Of a DNA stretch of 64,000 bases, positions 63,243 to 64,000 are shown piece by piece. How positions within the stretch are numbered: position 1 is the stretch's first letter; each line of letters starts with the position of its first letter. The notes beneath the pieces are model-generated. The model did not search any database, was not told the DNA's origin, and saw only the letters and a program-made list of their open reading frames with translations. Made by a program: the position numbers and the translations under genes. The stretch is from Marsupella aquatica (lineage: Eukaryota; Plantae; Marchantiophyta). Where the stretch lies: contig OZ316897.1 of the NCBI GenBank assembly GCA_973895155.1, forward strand, positions 7,430,470 to 7,494,469. The letters are read 5' to 3'.

Positions 63243-64000
63243 TTTAGATAGTGAAATAGTGTAACAACTTACTGAATATGAACCCTGAAAGTGAGAAGGT
63301 CTTCTCCAAGTCAAACCAGCGACTTCTCAAGTCGAACTTTTTATCTGTACATCATGTTTGTAACCTGTACTCGTGACAATCTTTTTCTAGATAGTCCAAT
63401 CTTTTTCCAGTTTGTCTTGAAGCAAAGTTGTCATGATTTATAAAATCATCGCACCATGTAGGGATGATTCATAATACAGACAAAATCTCGATATTTTTCC
63501 CCGTCCGTCTTTTTACCAAAGGGAACTCACCCGGGCTTTGTGCTTTTTGTGTCTGTTGTTTTGGGTTTGAATTGGGCCGACAACTACCCTGACACCTGCG
63601 CCCTGAGGTGTGCAGTCTTACCGAAAACCTTTTCGACTGGCACATAGCTTCGAACTTTCTTCATGATTACTATCCATCACTAGGAACATCGAGACACAAC
63701 TATGTCATCAGCGGATCACTACGTTTAGGGATGAAGGGATAAATTTCTACCCATCATATATAAATATCGACCGGGACGGAAACGAGGGGTTAGATGGTTC
63801 GATCGGAATCGTTTCAGTTAGTAGCTTGGCGGCTTCAATGGTGCCTTCCAAAGCCCACCTTTGCTGTCATTACACATGGATCTTATCTCTGAAATGCCGG
63901 AGAGCTTTCTACCTGTCCACATTTCAGCAGCCAGTTCAGAAGCCCGCTCCAAATTCCTCTAGACGAGGTGGGAACTACGGCTTTGCTGAGTACAACTGCG

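Overview
Eukaryotic, intron-containing land-plant genomic DNA, probably a non-seed plant judging by protein divergence (not provable here). Three host regulatory genes: the 5' two exons of a SMAX1-like (SMXL) gene on the minus strand running off the left edge, a four-exon subfamily-IVa bHLH with an ACT-like C-terminus (27453-29681), and an intronless subfamily-VIIIa (BONOBO-like) bHLH (60867-62537). The main structure is a complete but decayed Ty1/copia LTR retrotransposon (6141-17681; GGTTG TSD, Met-PBS, PPT). Nested in its leader is a 4.5-kb TG...CA insertion with its own AGACC TSD (6739-11234). It has no LTR pair, gag or pol, so it looks like a giant solo LTR, yet it carries a ~644-codon coiled-coil reading frame behind a GC-rich hairpin array. 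This is the most unusual item in the window. Other items: an intronless enolase fragment (possibly transposon-captured), a truncated Ty3/gypsy RT, LINE/hAT remnants, a templated-insertion repair scar, many short tandem duplications, and ~31 kb (29.7-60.4 kb) with no recognisable conserved gene. No rRNA, tRNA or CRISPR was found. All alignments and counts were done by eye.
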